Assembly: GCA_963708025.1 (NCBI GenBank)
Contig: CAVPSB010000031.1
Span: forward strand, 288,001-352,000
Reading direction: 5' to 3'
Source: an uncultured Candidatus Rokubacteria bacterium
GTDB lineage: Bacteria > Methylomirabilota > Methylomirabilia > Rokubacteriales > DASRDR01
Length of the DNA: 64,000 bases
Part shown: positions 39,121-47,906 of the stretch, piece by piece
Layout of the letters: each line of letters opens with the position of its first letter
How positions within the stretch are numbered: the first letter of the stretch is position 1
Notes under the pieces: generated by a model
What the model was told of the DNA's origin: nothing
What the model saw: only the letters and a program-made list of their open reading frames with translations
Database searches by the model: none
Program-made: the position numbers and the translations under genes

Positions 39121-39909
39121 GTGCGGCCCGGATTCGGCGATCCTGTCGGCGATGCGCGCGGCGTCACCCTGGCGGAGCTGGCGGTGACTCTCGGGTTGCT
39201 GGGGTTGATCATGGCCGGGGTCGTGACGACCTGGTCGACGGCTCAGGAAGCGTACTTCGTGGGGTCGGAGGCCGCCGAGGTTCAGCAGAACATCCGGGCG
39301 GCGATGGACTTCATGGTCCGCGAGCTGCGGGCGACGGGCCGGGATGTCACCGTGTGCGCCTTCGACTACGCCGGCGCCGCCAGCCGGGACTGCACGGCGG
39401 CCAAGGCGTCCCGGTGTCAGGCGAAGCTCGGCGGCGGGTACGTGAGCTGCTCGAACGTCTTCGCCATCCCGTTCGCCGGCGCGCGGGCCACCGGGCTCCA
39501 GATCCGTTCCGACCGGAATGACAGCGGCACGATCGCCGGCACCCCCGGCGCCGGCGCGAGTGACGCCGCCGAAGAGGACGTCGTCTACGCCCTCGCCCAC
39601 GGCGCGCCCCCCTGCCCGGCGGGAGTGACCGCCTGCGTCACCCGGGACGATGGCCAGGGGTCGGTGGCGATGGTGGCGGTCGACATTCAGGGGCTCTCGT
39701 TCACCTACTACCCACGGCCGGGCTATCCGCCCTGCGACGCGGTGCCCTCCTCGGCCCCGTGCCCGCCCTTCACCCTGCCGCTGGTGAGTCAGTCCCAGGC
39801 CGACAACGTCGGGCGGATCCGGATCAGCCTCACGTCACAGACGGTGATCGGCGGTCGGCCGATCACCCGACGATTGGAGACGGACGTCCACCTGAAGAAC
39901 CGGGGATAG
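39121..39909 (+). CDS. PilW-like minor pilin, cassette 2 (Cys-rich)
   Basis: DARG|VTLAELAV; VQQNIRAAMDFMVRELRATG; C-terminal VHLKN; 8 Cys. Confidence 0.82.
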   Translation: MRPGFGDPVGDARGVTLAELAVTLGLLGLIMAGVVTTWSTAQEAYFVGSEAAEVQQNIRAAMDFMVRELRATGRDVTVCAFDYAGAASRDCTAAKASRCQAKLGGGYVSCSNVFAIPFAGARATGLQIRSDRNDSGTIAGTPGAGASDAAEEDVVYALAHGAPPCPAGVTACVTRDDGQGSVAMVAVDIQGLSFTYYPRPGYPPCDAVPSSAPCPPFTLPLVSQSQADNVGRIRISLTSQTVIGGRPITRRLETDVHLKNRG

Positions 39910-39923
39910 CCACGGAGGCGGCG

Positions 39924-41627
39924 ATGCGGGCGACGGTGAGGAGCCAGCAGGGGTCGGCGGTCCTCCTGGCCGTGATGGCGATGCTGGTCATGGGAGTCCT
40001 GAGCGTCTCCTTCTGGCTCCTCGCCGACGTCGAGTCGCGGGCCGGCGTGAGCCACGAGCAGCTGGCGCAGGCCGAGGCGGCCGCCGACGCCGGGCTCGAG
40101 CACGGGGGGGACCTGGTCCGGGCCGCGGCGACGGCCAGTGGCGGGTTCACGGACTGGCTCAACGGCGTCAGGGCGACCCACATGCTGATCGCCGGGGGGA
40201 CCCTGAATGGCGCGACGTACTGGGCGCGGATCGACAACGACTGCCCACCGGCGGTCCCGAGCGCGATCCGGGAGGGCGCCGACCGGTCGCCGGCTCCGGT
40301 GTGCAACCGGGAGACCGACGCCAACGGCGTCGCCGTCATCACGGCGTGGGCGGTGGCGGGGGCCGGGCGCTCCCGCGCCCGCGTCATCGTCACGGTGGAC
40401 AGCCCCTGGCAGCACGTCTGCGCCCGCGCCCGGCCGGACGACGGCCCGCACTGCAACGAGCCGGGCGATGGGAACGGAACGCCCGCGGTGAGCCCGTCGG
40501 ACCCCAACGACCCGAACGGACCGCAGGGCTATGCCGATCTGCCCCGGCCCTACCTCGGCTGCTCCCGCGTCGCGGCAGGCCTCCACAAGGCGGCGGGCGT
40601 CACCGACGCGGAGCAGCACGCGAGGTGCTACCCGCCCCTCGGCGCCTGGCAAGGGGTGTACGCCTATCCCTACCCCACCGGCCCCGGCCCGCGGATGGTG
40701 ATGATGGGCGGGCTGCCGGGGCCGGCCGGGGGCTTCCCGAGGTCCTGCCACGACGAGCCCGCCGGTGGGAACGGCAACCGGTACTTCGGCCACTTCGACT
40801 GCGCCGTGACGACCTACTGCCGGCCGGCCGAGGGCGACGTCTGTCCGGCCGGCGCCACCCGGGTCGGCTGCCTGCGCGGGCCGCTGTTCGCCGCCCGGTT
40901 CGGTGGCCTGCCCGACACGCGGGTGGTTCCCGGCCATCCGAACCAGGTCGCTTCCAACAACCCGATCGGCACCCGGTGGGTGGAGTACGATCCGGCCGCC
41001 GGGACGTGCTCCGGCGGCCACACCGGTATGGTGTGGACGGGCCCCGCCACCTTCAACACCGATGTCGGGTCACCGACGAAGCAGCTCGACGTTTACGTCA
41101 TGGGCCACTGGGGCCAGGGAAGCAACCTGAAGTTCTACGGGACGCTGGCCGTGGAGGGCACGACCGCCGGCGGCCCGGTCTTCTCGGTCGGCAACGGCGC
41201 CACCGCCGAGCTCTGGTCCGGGCCGAGCACGGCGGCCGCTGCCGGCTGGGGGTTCAGCCGCACGTACGGGTACCCGCTCGTCGCGGTCGTCTACAACCCG
41301 GCGCTGCCTCCGCCGACCATCCAGCCGACCTACGGCCCGCAGCCCCTGACGGCCGACTTCGGGACCGGGACCCCCCGGATCCACGGCATCATCTACTCCG
41401 GCGGCCGCGTCCAGTTCGGACCGCTCACCCTCGACGGCAGCGTGGTGGCCTTCGAGATCCAGACCCGGGGCGGCGCGAGCTACACCTACAACGCCACGTA
41501 CGGCGACGACACGCCGCCATCGGGCTTCCCGCCCGGCGCCGGCAACCGGGTCTCCGTCATCCGGAAATCATTCGTGGCGTGCTCGGGCTACAACGACGAC
41601 AGCGGCGGGCCGACCCCCTGCAACTAG
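39924..41627 (+). CDS. Large Cys-rich PilX-like protein, cassette 2 (567 aa)
   Basis: GGAGG SD; RSQQG|SAVLL (no E5); AEAAADAGLE; about 14 Cys. Confidence 0.78.
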   Translation: MRATVRSQQGSAVLLAVMAMLVMGVLSVSFWLLADVESRAGVSHEQLAQAEAAADAGLEHGGDLVRAAATASGGFTDWLNGVRATHMLIAGGTLNGATYWARIDNDCPPAVPSAIREGADRSPAPVCNRETDANGVAVITAWAVAGAGRSRARVIVTVDSPWQHVCARARPDDGPHCNEPGDGNGTPAVSPSDPNDPNGPQGYADLPRPYLGCSRVAAGLHKAAGVTDAEQHARCYPPLGAWQGVYAYPYPTGPGPRMVMMGGLPGPAGGFPRSCHDEPAGGNGNRYFGHFDCAVTTYCRPAEGDVCPAGATRVGCLRGPLFAARFGGLPDTRVVPGHPNQVASNNPIGTRWVEYDPAAGTCSGGHTGMVWTGPATFNTDVGSPTKQLDVYVMGHWGQGSNLKFYGTLAVEGTTAGGPVFSVGNGATAELWSGPSTAAAAGWGFSRTYGYPLVAVVYNPALPPPTIQPTYGPQPLTADFGTGTPRIHGIIYSGGRVQFGPLTLDGSVVAFEIQTRGGASYTYNATYGDDTPPSGFPPGAGNRVSVIRKSFVACSGYNDDSGGPTPCN

Positions 41628-41870
41628 TCGGCGGGGCCGGTGAGCGTCGCAACGCTCCGCCTGGTCGTGACGCGCTCGGCCTACGGCCCCGCCCCCGGGA
41701 AGGACGCATCTGCCATGAGTTTAGCCCTTCGAGGCTCCTCGGTCGTTCCGGACGGGGCCGCGCCGTCCCCGGGGGGCGAGGGGGCTGGCTCCGATCCTCG
41801 CCCGTCTTTCCCTTGGGGTCGGGTCCGGGCCCTCCTGGGAAGACCCTCTCTTCCCGGCGGGTGGGCTGCG

Positions 41871-41876
41871 TATAAT
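41871..41876 (+). promoter_or_regulatory. Perfect -10 box, probably near-leaderless promoter of the repeat kinase
   Basis: TATAAT 8 nt before ATG 41885. Confidence 0.6.
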
Positions 41877-41884
41877 AGGGGGCC

Positions 41885-44557
41885 ATGGCGTCGCCGTCTG
41901 CCGACACCACCGTTCGGCTGGGGCTGGTCGGGACCGGAGCGGAACTGGTCAAGGCCATCGAGGCCCTCAAGGGCATTTCGACCATCGAGATCGCCGTCGT
42001 CGCCGACGCCAGCGATCGCTCGGAGGGCGCCAAGCTCGCGCACAGCCTCAAGCTTCCCCTCGTGAAGAACGCGATGGAGGTCTTCCGCTCCAAGGCCAAC
42101 ATCGTCCTCGAGGTGAACGGGGACGAGCGCCAGTACGAGCGTCTGCTCTCCATCAAGCCGCCCGGCACCGAGGTCATGAGCGTCAAGGGCGCTCGCCTCC
42201 TGATCAACCTCCTCAAGCAGAGCGGCAGCGGCAACGCGGGGGCCGAGGCGCCGGCCCGGGAAATCATCAAGGAGGTCCCGGTCGAGGTCATCAAGGAAGT
42301 CGTCCGGGAAATCGTGAAGGAGGTCCCGGTCGAGGTCCCGGTCGAGGTCGTCCGGGAGGTGGTGAGAGAGGTCCCGGTGGAGGTCATCCGGGAGGTGGTG
42401 AGAGAGGTCCCGGTGGAGGTCGTCCGGGAGGTGGTGAGAGAGGTCCCGGTCGAAGTCATCCGGGAGGTCGTGCAGGAGGTTCCAGTCGAGGTCATCCGGG
42501 AGGTGGTGAAAGAGGTCCCGGTGGAGGTCGTCCGGGAGGTGGTGAAAGAGGTCCCGGTCGAAGTCATCCGGGAGGTCGTGCAGGAGGTTCCGGTCGAAGT
42601 CATCCGGGAGGTGGTGAGAGAGGTCCCGGTGGAGGTCGTCCGGGAGGTCGTCAAGGAGATCCCGATCGAGGTGATCAAGGAGGTCGTCCGGGAAGTACCC
42701 CTGGAGGTGATCCGCGAGGTCGTCAAGGAAGTGCCGAGAGAAGTGATCAGGGAGATCATCCGGGAAGTCCCGGTCGAGGTGATCAAAGAGATCATCCGGG
42801 AAGTTCCGGTCGAGGTCCCGGTCGAGGTCCCGGTCGAGATCGTGCGGGAAATCGAGGTCGTCAAAGAGGTCATCAAGGAAGTTCCGGTCGAGGTCATCAA
42901 GGAGGTCGTCCGGGAGGTTCCGGTCGAGGTTCCCGTCGAAGTCATTCGCCGGATGGACACCGTCAAGGTCGAAAAGGTCGAGGTGCCGGTCGAGGTCATC
43001 AAGGAAGTCGAGGTGATCAAGGAGATCATCAAGGAGGTGCCGGTCGAGGTCATCAAGGAGGTCGAGGTCATCAAGGAAGTCGTCCGGGAGATCCCGGTCG
43101 AGGTGATCAAGGAGGTCATCAAGGAGGTGCCGGTCGAGGTCATCAAGGAAGTCGAGGTGATCAAGGAGGTCATCAAGGAAGTTCCGGTCGAGGTGATCAA
43201 GGAAGTCGTCAAGGAAGTTCCGGTCGAGGTCATCAAGGAAGTCGTCCGGGAGGTCCCGGTCGAGGTGATCAAGGAGGTCATCAAGGAAGTCCCCTTCGAG
43301 GTCGTCAAGGAAGTGGTCAAGGAGGTCCCCGTCGAGGTGGTTCGGGAGATGACCCACGTCGACGAAGAGGAGATGCAGCGGCTCCGACGGCGCCTGGAAG
43401 AGCTGCAGACCCAGTACGATCAGCTCGCCACGATGTCCGGGCGGGTGCCGGTGGACGAGAAGATGCAAGCGCTGGTCACCATGGCCAGCGGCGTCGGCCA
43501 CATCTTCAACAACGTACTGGCCGGGATCCTGGGGCGGACCCAGCTTCTCCTGAAGAAGGCCGAGCGGGAAAAGGCCAAGGACCTGGTGGCGGGGCTCAAC
43601 GAGATCGAGTCGGCGACCCGAACCGGCATCGACGCCCTGACCCGGATCCAGGAGTTCAGCCGGGCTCGGCCATCGGAGGCGCTCGCGCGAGTCGACCTCA
43701 ATGACGTCGTGCAGCGAGCGATCGAGCAGACCCGGCCCAAGTGGCGCGACGAGCCGGCCACCAAGGGCGTGCGGATCGAGCTGATCACGCACTTCGGCGC
43801 CCACGCCCCGGTCCTGGGCGTCGAGAGCGAGTTGCTCGAAGCCCTCACCCAGCTCATCGTCAACGCCGTAGACGCCATGCCCCGCGGCGGTATCATCACC
43901 GTTCGCACCGGGAACGAGCCGGGCCGGGGCTTCATGGCGGTGTCGGACACCGGCACCGGCATGGCGGAGAATATCAAGAGCCGCGCCCTGGAGCCGTTCT
44001 TCTCGACCAAGGGCGAGACGGGCCTGGGCCTGGGGCTCTCGGTGGTGTACGGGATCATGGTGCGCCACGGGGGCGACGCCGTGATCGAGAGCGAAGCCGG
44101 CAAGGGGACGACCCTGACGCTTCGCCTCCCGACGGCCGGCGAGGGAGCTCCGACGCCGCTGACGGCCGCCGAGGCCGACCAAGCCCAGGTGCTCGTCGTC
44201 GACGACGACGAGACGGTGCGGACCGCTCTGGGGGACATGCTGCGCGGCGCCGGCTACGCGGTGACCCTGGCGGCTTCCGGTCTCGAAGGCATCGCCAAGG
44301 TCCGGGAGCGCGAGGGGCCGTTCCACCTCGTCGTGACCGACCTCGGCATGCCGGACGTGCCCGGCTGGGAAGTCGTGGAGGCGGTGAAGCAGATCGAGAC
44401 CGCGACACCGGTCGTCATCATGTCGGGCTTCGACCGCGCCCGCGCCACACGTCGCGCCAAGGAGCTGGGCGTCGATCTCGTCATCTCCAAGCCGTTCGAC
44501 CTGCAGGACTTCCTGAACGCGGTTCGCGGCCTGCTGCTGGGTCGGAAGCGCACCTGA
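41885..44557 (+). CDS. Soluble hybrid histidine kinase: Rossmann-like N-domain, about 360-aa VPVE repeat, coiled coil, HisKA-HATPase, REC
   Basis: GHIFNN H-box, QLIVNAVDAM, DTGTGM, PFFSTKG, GLGLGL, VLVVDDD..TDLGMP..KPF. Confidence 0.9.
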   Translation: MASPSADTTVRLGLVGTGAELVKAIEALKGISTIEIAVVADASDRSEGAKLAHSLKLPLVKNAMEVFRSKANIVLEVNGDERQYERLLSIKPPGTEVMSVKGARLLINLLKQSGSGNAGAEAPAREIIKEVPVEVIKEVVREIVKEVPVEVPVEVVREVVREVPVEVIREVVREVPVEVVREVVREVPVEVIREVVQEVPVEVIREVVKEVPVEVVREVVKEVPVEVIREVVQEVPVEVIREVVREVPVEVVREVVKEIPIEVIKEVVREVPLEVIREVVKEVPREVIREIIREVPVEVIKEIIREVPVEVPVEVPVEIVREIEVVKEVIKEVPVEVIKEVVREVPVEVPVEVIRRMDTVKVEKVEVPVEVIKEVEVIKEIIKEVPVEVIKEVEVIKEVVREIPVEVIKEVIKEVPVEVIKEVEVIKEVIKEVPVEVIKEVVKEVPVEVIKEVVREVPVEVIKEVIKEVPFEVVKEVVKEVPVEVVREMTHVDEEEMQRLRRRLEELQTQYDQLATMSGRVPVDEKMQALVTMASGVGHIFNNVLAGILGRTQLLLKKAEREKAKDLVAGLNEIESATRTGIDALTRIQEFSRARPSEALARVDLNDVVQRAIEQTRPKWRDEPATKGVRIELITHFGAHAPVLGVESELLEALTQLIVNAVDAMPRGGIITVRTGNEPGRGFMAVSDTGTGMAENIKSRALEPFFSTKGETGLGLGLSVVYGIMVRHGGDAVIESEAGKGTTLTLRLPTAGEGAPTPLTAAEADQAQVLVVDDDETVRTALGDMLRGAGYAVTLAASGLEGIAKVREREGPFHLVVTDLGMPDVPGWEVVEAVKQIETATPVVIMSGFDRARATRRAKELGVDLVISKPFDLQDFLNAVRGLLLGRKRT
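42257..43348 (+). repeat. Coding tandem repeat, basic unit 36 bp (EVPVEVIREVVR), about 30 Pro-centred units
   Basis: Directly visible GAGGTCCCGGTCGAGGTCATCCGGGAGGTGGTG.. array with synonymous variation. Confidence 0.95.
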
Positions 44558-44707
44558 TTCTCCCGCAAGGGAGGCCTCGCCCCCCTCCGCGCCGCGCGCG
44601 CGGCACTCCGCAGCGGCAGAGCCCGCGCTCGAGACGCTGCGAACGCGATCCCGCGAGCGATCGGCCCCACCCGCCGCCTCCGAAACAGGGTCCGAGGTCC
44701 AATTTTC

Positions 44708-44737
44708 TTGACTCTCGGCCGACCACCGCCCTATACT
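44708..44737 (+). promoter_or_regulatory. sigma70 promoter of pilMNOPQ
   Basis: TTGACT-18 nt-TATACT. Confidence 0.65.
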
Positions 44738-44871
44738 CGCGCCTCACGAACTACTGCTAAGAGCTGCAAAAACCGGGGGTTACGACAGGGGGACCCCCAC
44801 CCTGAATTTTTCTTGGGTTTCCGGGCCCCTGTGCAGGATAGTGGCCGCTGTTGCGAGAGAGGTGACAGAGC

Positions 44872-45924
44872 ATGGCGTTGTTCAAGCGCAAGAAGCGACC
44901 GCAGGTGGTGGGACTCGACATCGGCTCGAGCTTCGTGAAAGCCGTCGAGTTGCGTCCGGTCGGAAACGACTACGAGCTGGTCGGGTTCGGGATGGGGCCG
45001 GTGCCGCCCGGGGCCATCGAGCAGAGCGAGATCAAGCAGCCCGCGGCCGTGCAGTCGGCGATCCGTCAGGCCCTCGAGCAGGGGCGCATCCAGGCGACCG
45101 ACGCCGCGATCAGCATGTCCGGCGGCTCCGTCATCGCCAAGCGGGTGACGCTGCCGAAGATGTCGGAGGCCGAGCTGGCCGAGTCCATCCGGTGGGAGGC
45201 CGAGCAGCACATCCCGTTCGACATCGAAGACGTGGAGCTCGACTTCCAGATACTGCGCCAGCAAGGTCCGCAGCTCGAGGTGATGCTGGTGGCCGTGAAG
45301 AAGGGCAAGGTCCAGAGCTACGTGGACGCGGTGGCGGAGGCCGGCCTCGGCGTGGTGATCGTGGACGTGGACGTGTTCGCCCTCGAGACCCAGTACGAGT
45401 ACAACTTCTCGGGTGACACGGAGGTCGTGGCCCTGGTCAACATCGGCCACGAGACGACCAACACGAACATCCTCCAGGGCGGCGTCAACGTCTATGCTCG
45501 CGACGTCTTCGTCGGCGGCAAGCAGTACTCTTCCACGATCGCTCAGCGCTTCGACCTGACCCCGTCCGACGCCGACGCCCTCGTCCGGGGGAAGCAGGGG
45601 GCGGTGAGCTGGGCCGAGATCGAGCCGGTGCTCGACCTCGTCTCCCAGGAGCTGGGGCAGGAGATCCAGCGCACGCTGGACTACTTCGGGACCACCGCCG
45701 AGCACGAGCGGATCCAGCGCATCTTCCTGTCGGGCGGCTGCGCGCTGATTCCGGGGCTCCAGGACTTCCTCTCGTCGCAGTGGGGAATCGAGGTCCAGCC
45801 GGCCGATCCCTTCAAGCGGGTCAAGCTGGGGCAGGGCCTCAACGCCGACGTGGTGCACAAGCTGGCCCCGCTGGCGGCCGTCGCGACGGGGCTGGCCATG
45901 CGCTATCCGGACGACCGGAAATAA
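44872..45924 (+). CDS. pilM: Type IV pilus assembly protein PilM
   Basis: VGLDIGSS, EAEQHIPF, VNIGHETT, GG, LSGGCA, ATGLAMR. Confidence 0.96.
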   Translation: MALFKRKKRPQVVGLDIGSSFVKAVELRPVGNDYELVGFGMGPVPPGAIEQSEIKQPAAVQSAIRQALEQGRIQATDAAISMSGGSVIAKRVTLPKMSEAELAESIRWEAEQHIPFDIEDVELDFQILRQQGPQLEVMLVAVKKGKVQSYVDAVAEAGLGVVIVDVDVFALETQYEYNFSGDTEVVALVNIGHETTNTNILQGGVNVYARDVFVGGKQYSSTIAQRFDLTPSDADALVRGKQGAVSWAEIEPVLDLVSQELGQEIQRTLDYFGTTAEHERIQRIFLSGGCALIPGLQDFLSSQWGIEVQPADPFKRVKLGQGLNADVVHKLAPLAAVATGLAMRYPDDRK

Positions 45925-45936
45925 GGACACCGAGCC

Positions 45937-46698
45937 GTGGCGATCAAAGTCAACGTCCTTCGTCGCGAAGGTTCGAAGAAGGGCGCGGGTCTCTCCAGCC
46001 TCCCCAGCGTGTCGATGCCGAAGGTGGCGATCGGCGGCGGGGGGCTGATGAAGGGGGCCGTCGCCCTCCTGGTCCTGGTGCTCCTGGCCCTGGGCTTCAT
46101 GGGCTGGCGGGCCCACGCCGAGAAGGTGGACAACGAGAGGAAGATCACCCAGCTCAAGGCCCAGGACGCCGACCTCCAGCGCCAGCTCGTCGAGCTACGG
46201 GTGGCCGAGGCGGCCAAGCGGGAGATCCAGCGGCGCCTGGACATCATCGGCCGCGTGGCCAAGAGCCAGAAGGTCCCGGTCGAGATGATGGCCGGCGTGC
46301 TGAAGTCGGTGCCGCAAGGCATCTGGCTCACGTCGCTGGACGTGAGGCCGCAGGAGGTGAAGGTCAAGGTGGAGGCCAACCGGCAGGCCATCACCTACTC
46401 CAGCGAGACGCTCAAGGCCCTCAACGACAAGCGGGAACAGGAGGAGGCGGCGGCGGCCGCGTCCCAGGCCAGCCCCCGCCCGGCGGCGCCGGTGGCCACC
46501 AAGGAAGTCACCGAGATCCACGGCTTCTCCGTGGTGATCAAGGGCATGGCCTTCAACAACTTCCAGGTGGCCGAGTTCATGGAGAACCTCAAGAAGATCG
46601 GCGTCTTCGCGGACGTGGACTTCACGGTGACCCAGGCCACGAACGTCGAGTCGGTCCGGGTCATGGACTTCGAAGTCACCGCCACCGTGAAGCTATAG
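45937..46698 (+). CDS. pilN: Type IV pilus assembly protein PilN
   Basis: IKVNVL PilM-binding N-terminus, TM, coiled coil, PQGIWLTSL, VAEFMENL. Confidence 0.9.
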   Translation: MAIKVNVLRREGSKKGAGLSSLPSVSMPKVAIGGGGLMKGAVALLVLVLLALGFMGWRAHAEKVDNERKITQLKAQDADLQRQLVELRVAEAAKREIQRRLDIIGRVAKSQKVPVEMMAGVLKSVPQGIWLTSLDVRPQEVKVKVEANRQAITYSSETLKALNDKREQEEAAAAASQASPRPAAPVATKEVTEIHGFSVVIKGMAFNNFQVAEFMENLKKIGVFADVDFTVTQATNVESVRVMDFEVTATVKL

Positions 46699-46708
46699 GC
46701 CAAGAGCC

Positions 46709-47353
46709 ATGGAACGAGCAGAGCTGAAGAACCTAGTCCTGATCGGGCTCCTGATTCTCGCCCTCGCCTACGTCGGGTGGAACGGCTTCACCGCCATGGG
46801 CTGGCGCGGTGTGGCCGCGTTCCGGGCCGACGCGGCCAAGTCAGTCGCTCAGCGAGAGAAGCTCGAGACCAGCGTCAAGAACGCCAAGGCCCAGGTCGCG
46901 AACCTCGACAAGATCAAGAAGGAACGGGAAGCGCTGGAGGTGCAGCTCAAGGAGATCACCCGACGGCTGCCGGGTGAGCGCGAGTCGGCCGAGGTGCTCC
47001 GGAGCGTCGAGAGCCTGGCCGGCCGGTCGGGGTTGACGCTGGCGGCGGTCCGGCGTCGAACGCCCCGCACCCAGGAGCTGTACGTCGAGCTGCCCATGGA
47101 GGTCGGACTGGGGGGCGGGTACCACGAGATGGTGCGCTTCGCCGACCAGCTCTCCCAGCTCGACCGGCTGGTGACGCTGAACGAGTTCCAGGTGAACCGC
47201 CCGATGGCCGCCACGGGCCAGCCGGCCACCGCGGCCGTCACGCCCGGCACGGTCAGGGCGCAGATGGTGGCCGTGGTCTTCCAGGCGCTGCCCGAGCCGA
47301 CGCTGACGCTCCCGGGAGTGCCGGCGACAGGCGCGGCGACCCCCGCCCGGTAA
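46709..47353 (+). CDS. pilO: Type IV pilus assembly protein PilO
   Basis: TM, coiled coil, LP, YVELP, GGYH..F..LDRLV. Confidence 0.9.
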   Translation: MERAELKNLVLIGLLILALAYVGWNGFTAMGWRGVAAFRADAAKSVAQREKLETSVKNAKAQVANLDKIKKEREALEVQLKEITRRLPGERESAEVLRSVESLAGRSGLTLAAVRRRTPRTQELYVELPMEVGLGGGYHEMVRFADQLSQLDRLVTLNEFQVNRPMAATGQPATAAVTPGTVRAQMVAVVFQALPEPTLTLPGVPATGAATPAR

Positions 47354-47366
47354 CCGGAGGTCCCTG

Positions 47367-47906
47367 ATGCGCAACGTCAACGCTGCCCGCGCGCTTCGCC
47401 GGATCGCCTGGCTGGCGCTGGCCGTCTGTCTGGCGATCCCGGCCACGCTGTTCGCCCAGGCCACCACGAAGCCGCCGACCTCGCTCCCGGTGCCCAAGGC
47501 CGTCCCGAAGCCCGAGGTGCCGGAGATCGCCCGGCCGCTCCAGCCGGCCCCGTCATCGGCGCCGGCCCCGGCCCCGCCGGCCCCCGCCAGCCCGGCGCCG
47601 GCAGCGGGTCAGACGGACGGCCGCGATCCGTTCACACCCCTCATCACCAAGGCGCCGGAGGGCGAGAACCGGCCGTCGCTGTCCGGCCTCCGACTGGTCG
47701 GCGTGATGTGGGATCCAGTGCGGCGCGATCAGGTCCGGGCCCTCGTCGAGACCCCGGACGGGCTGGGCTACTACGTCCGCCTCAACGAAGAAAAGTTCGG
47801 CGGAAGGGTCGTCGCAATCGAGCGGGACCGCGTGCGGTTCTCCGTCCGCGAGCAGGACCCGACCGGGCAGGCCCGGGTGCGGACGGTCGAGCTGAAACTA
47901 AACTAG
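47367..47906 (+). CDS. pilP: PilP-like protein
   Basis: GRDPF, LRLVGVMW, ALVETPDG; lies between pilO and pilQ. Confidence 0.8.
   Translation: MRNVNAARALRRIAWLALAVCLAIPATLFAQATTKPPTSLPVPKAVPKPEVPEIARPLQPAPSSAPAPAPPAPASPAPAAGQTDGRDPFTPLITKAPEGENRPSLSGLRLVGVMWDPVRRDQVRALVETPDGLGYYVRLNEEKFGGRVVAIERDRVRFSVREQDPTGQARVRTVELKLN

Noticed and set aside
42257-43348. 36-bp periodic array as a CRISPR or non-coding VNTR
   Set aside because: No unique spacers and no cas genes. Variation is synonymous or conservative and stays in frame within the kinase.
41557-44326. Antisense ORFs of 587 aa (Thr/Ser-rich) and 881 aa (Asp/Leu-rich)
   Set aside because: Mirror products of the coding repeat and GC bias; the plus strand has the real domains and promoter.
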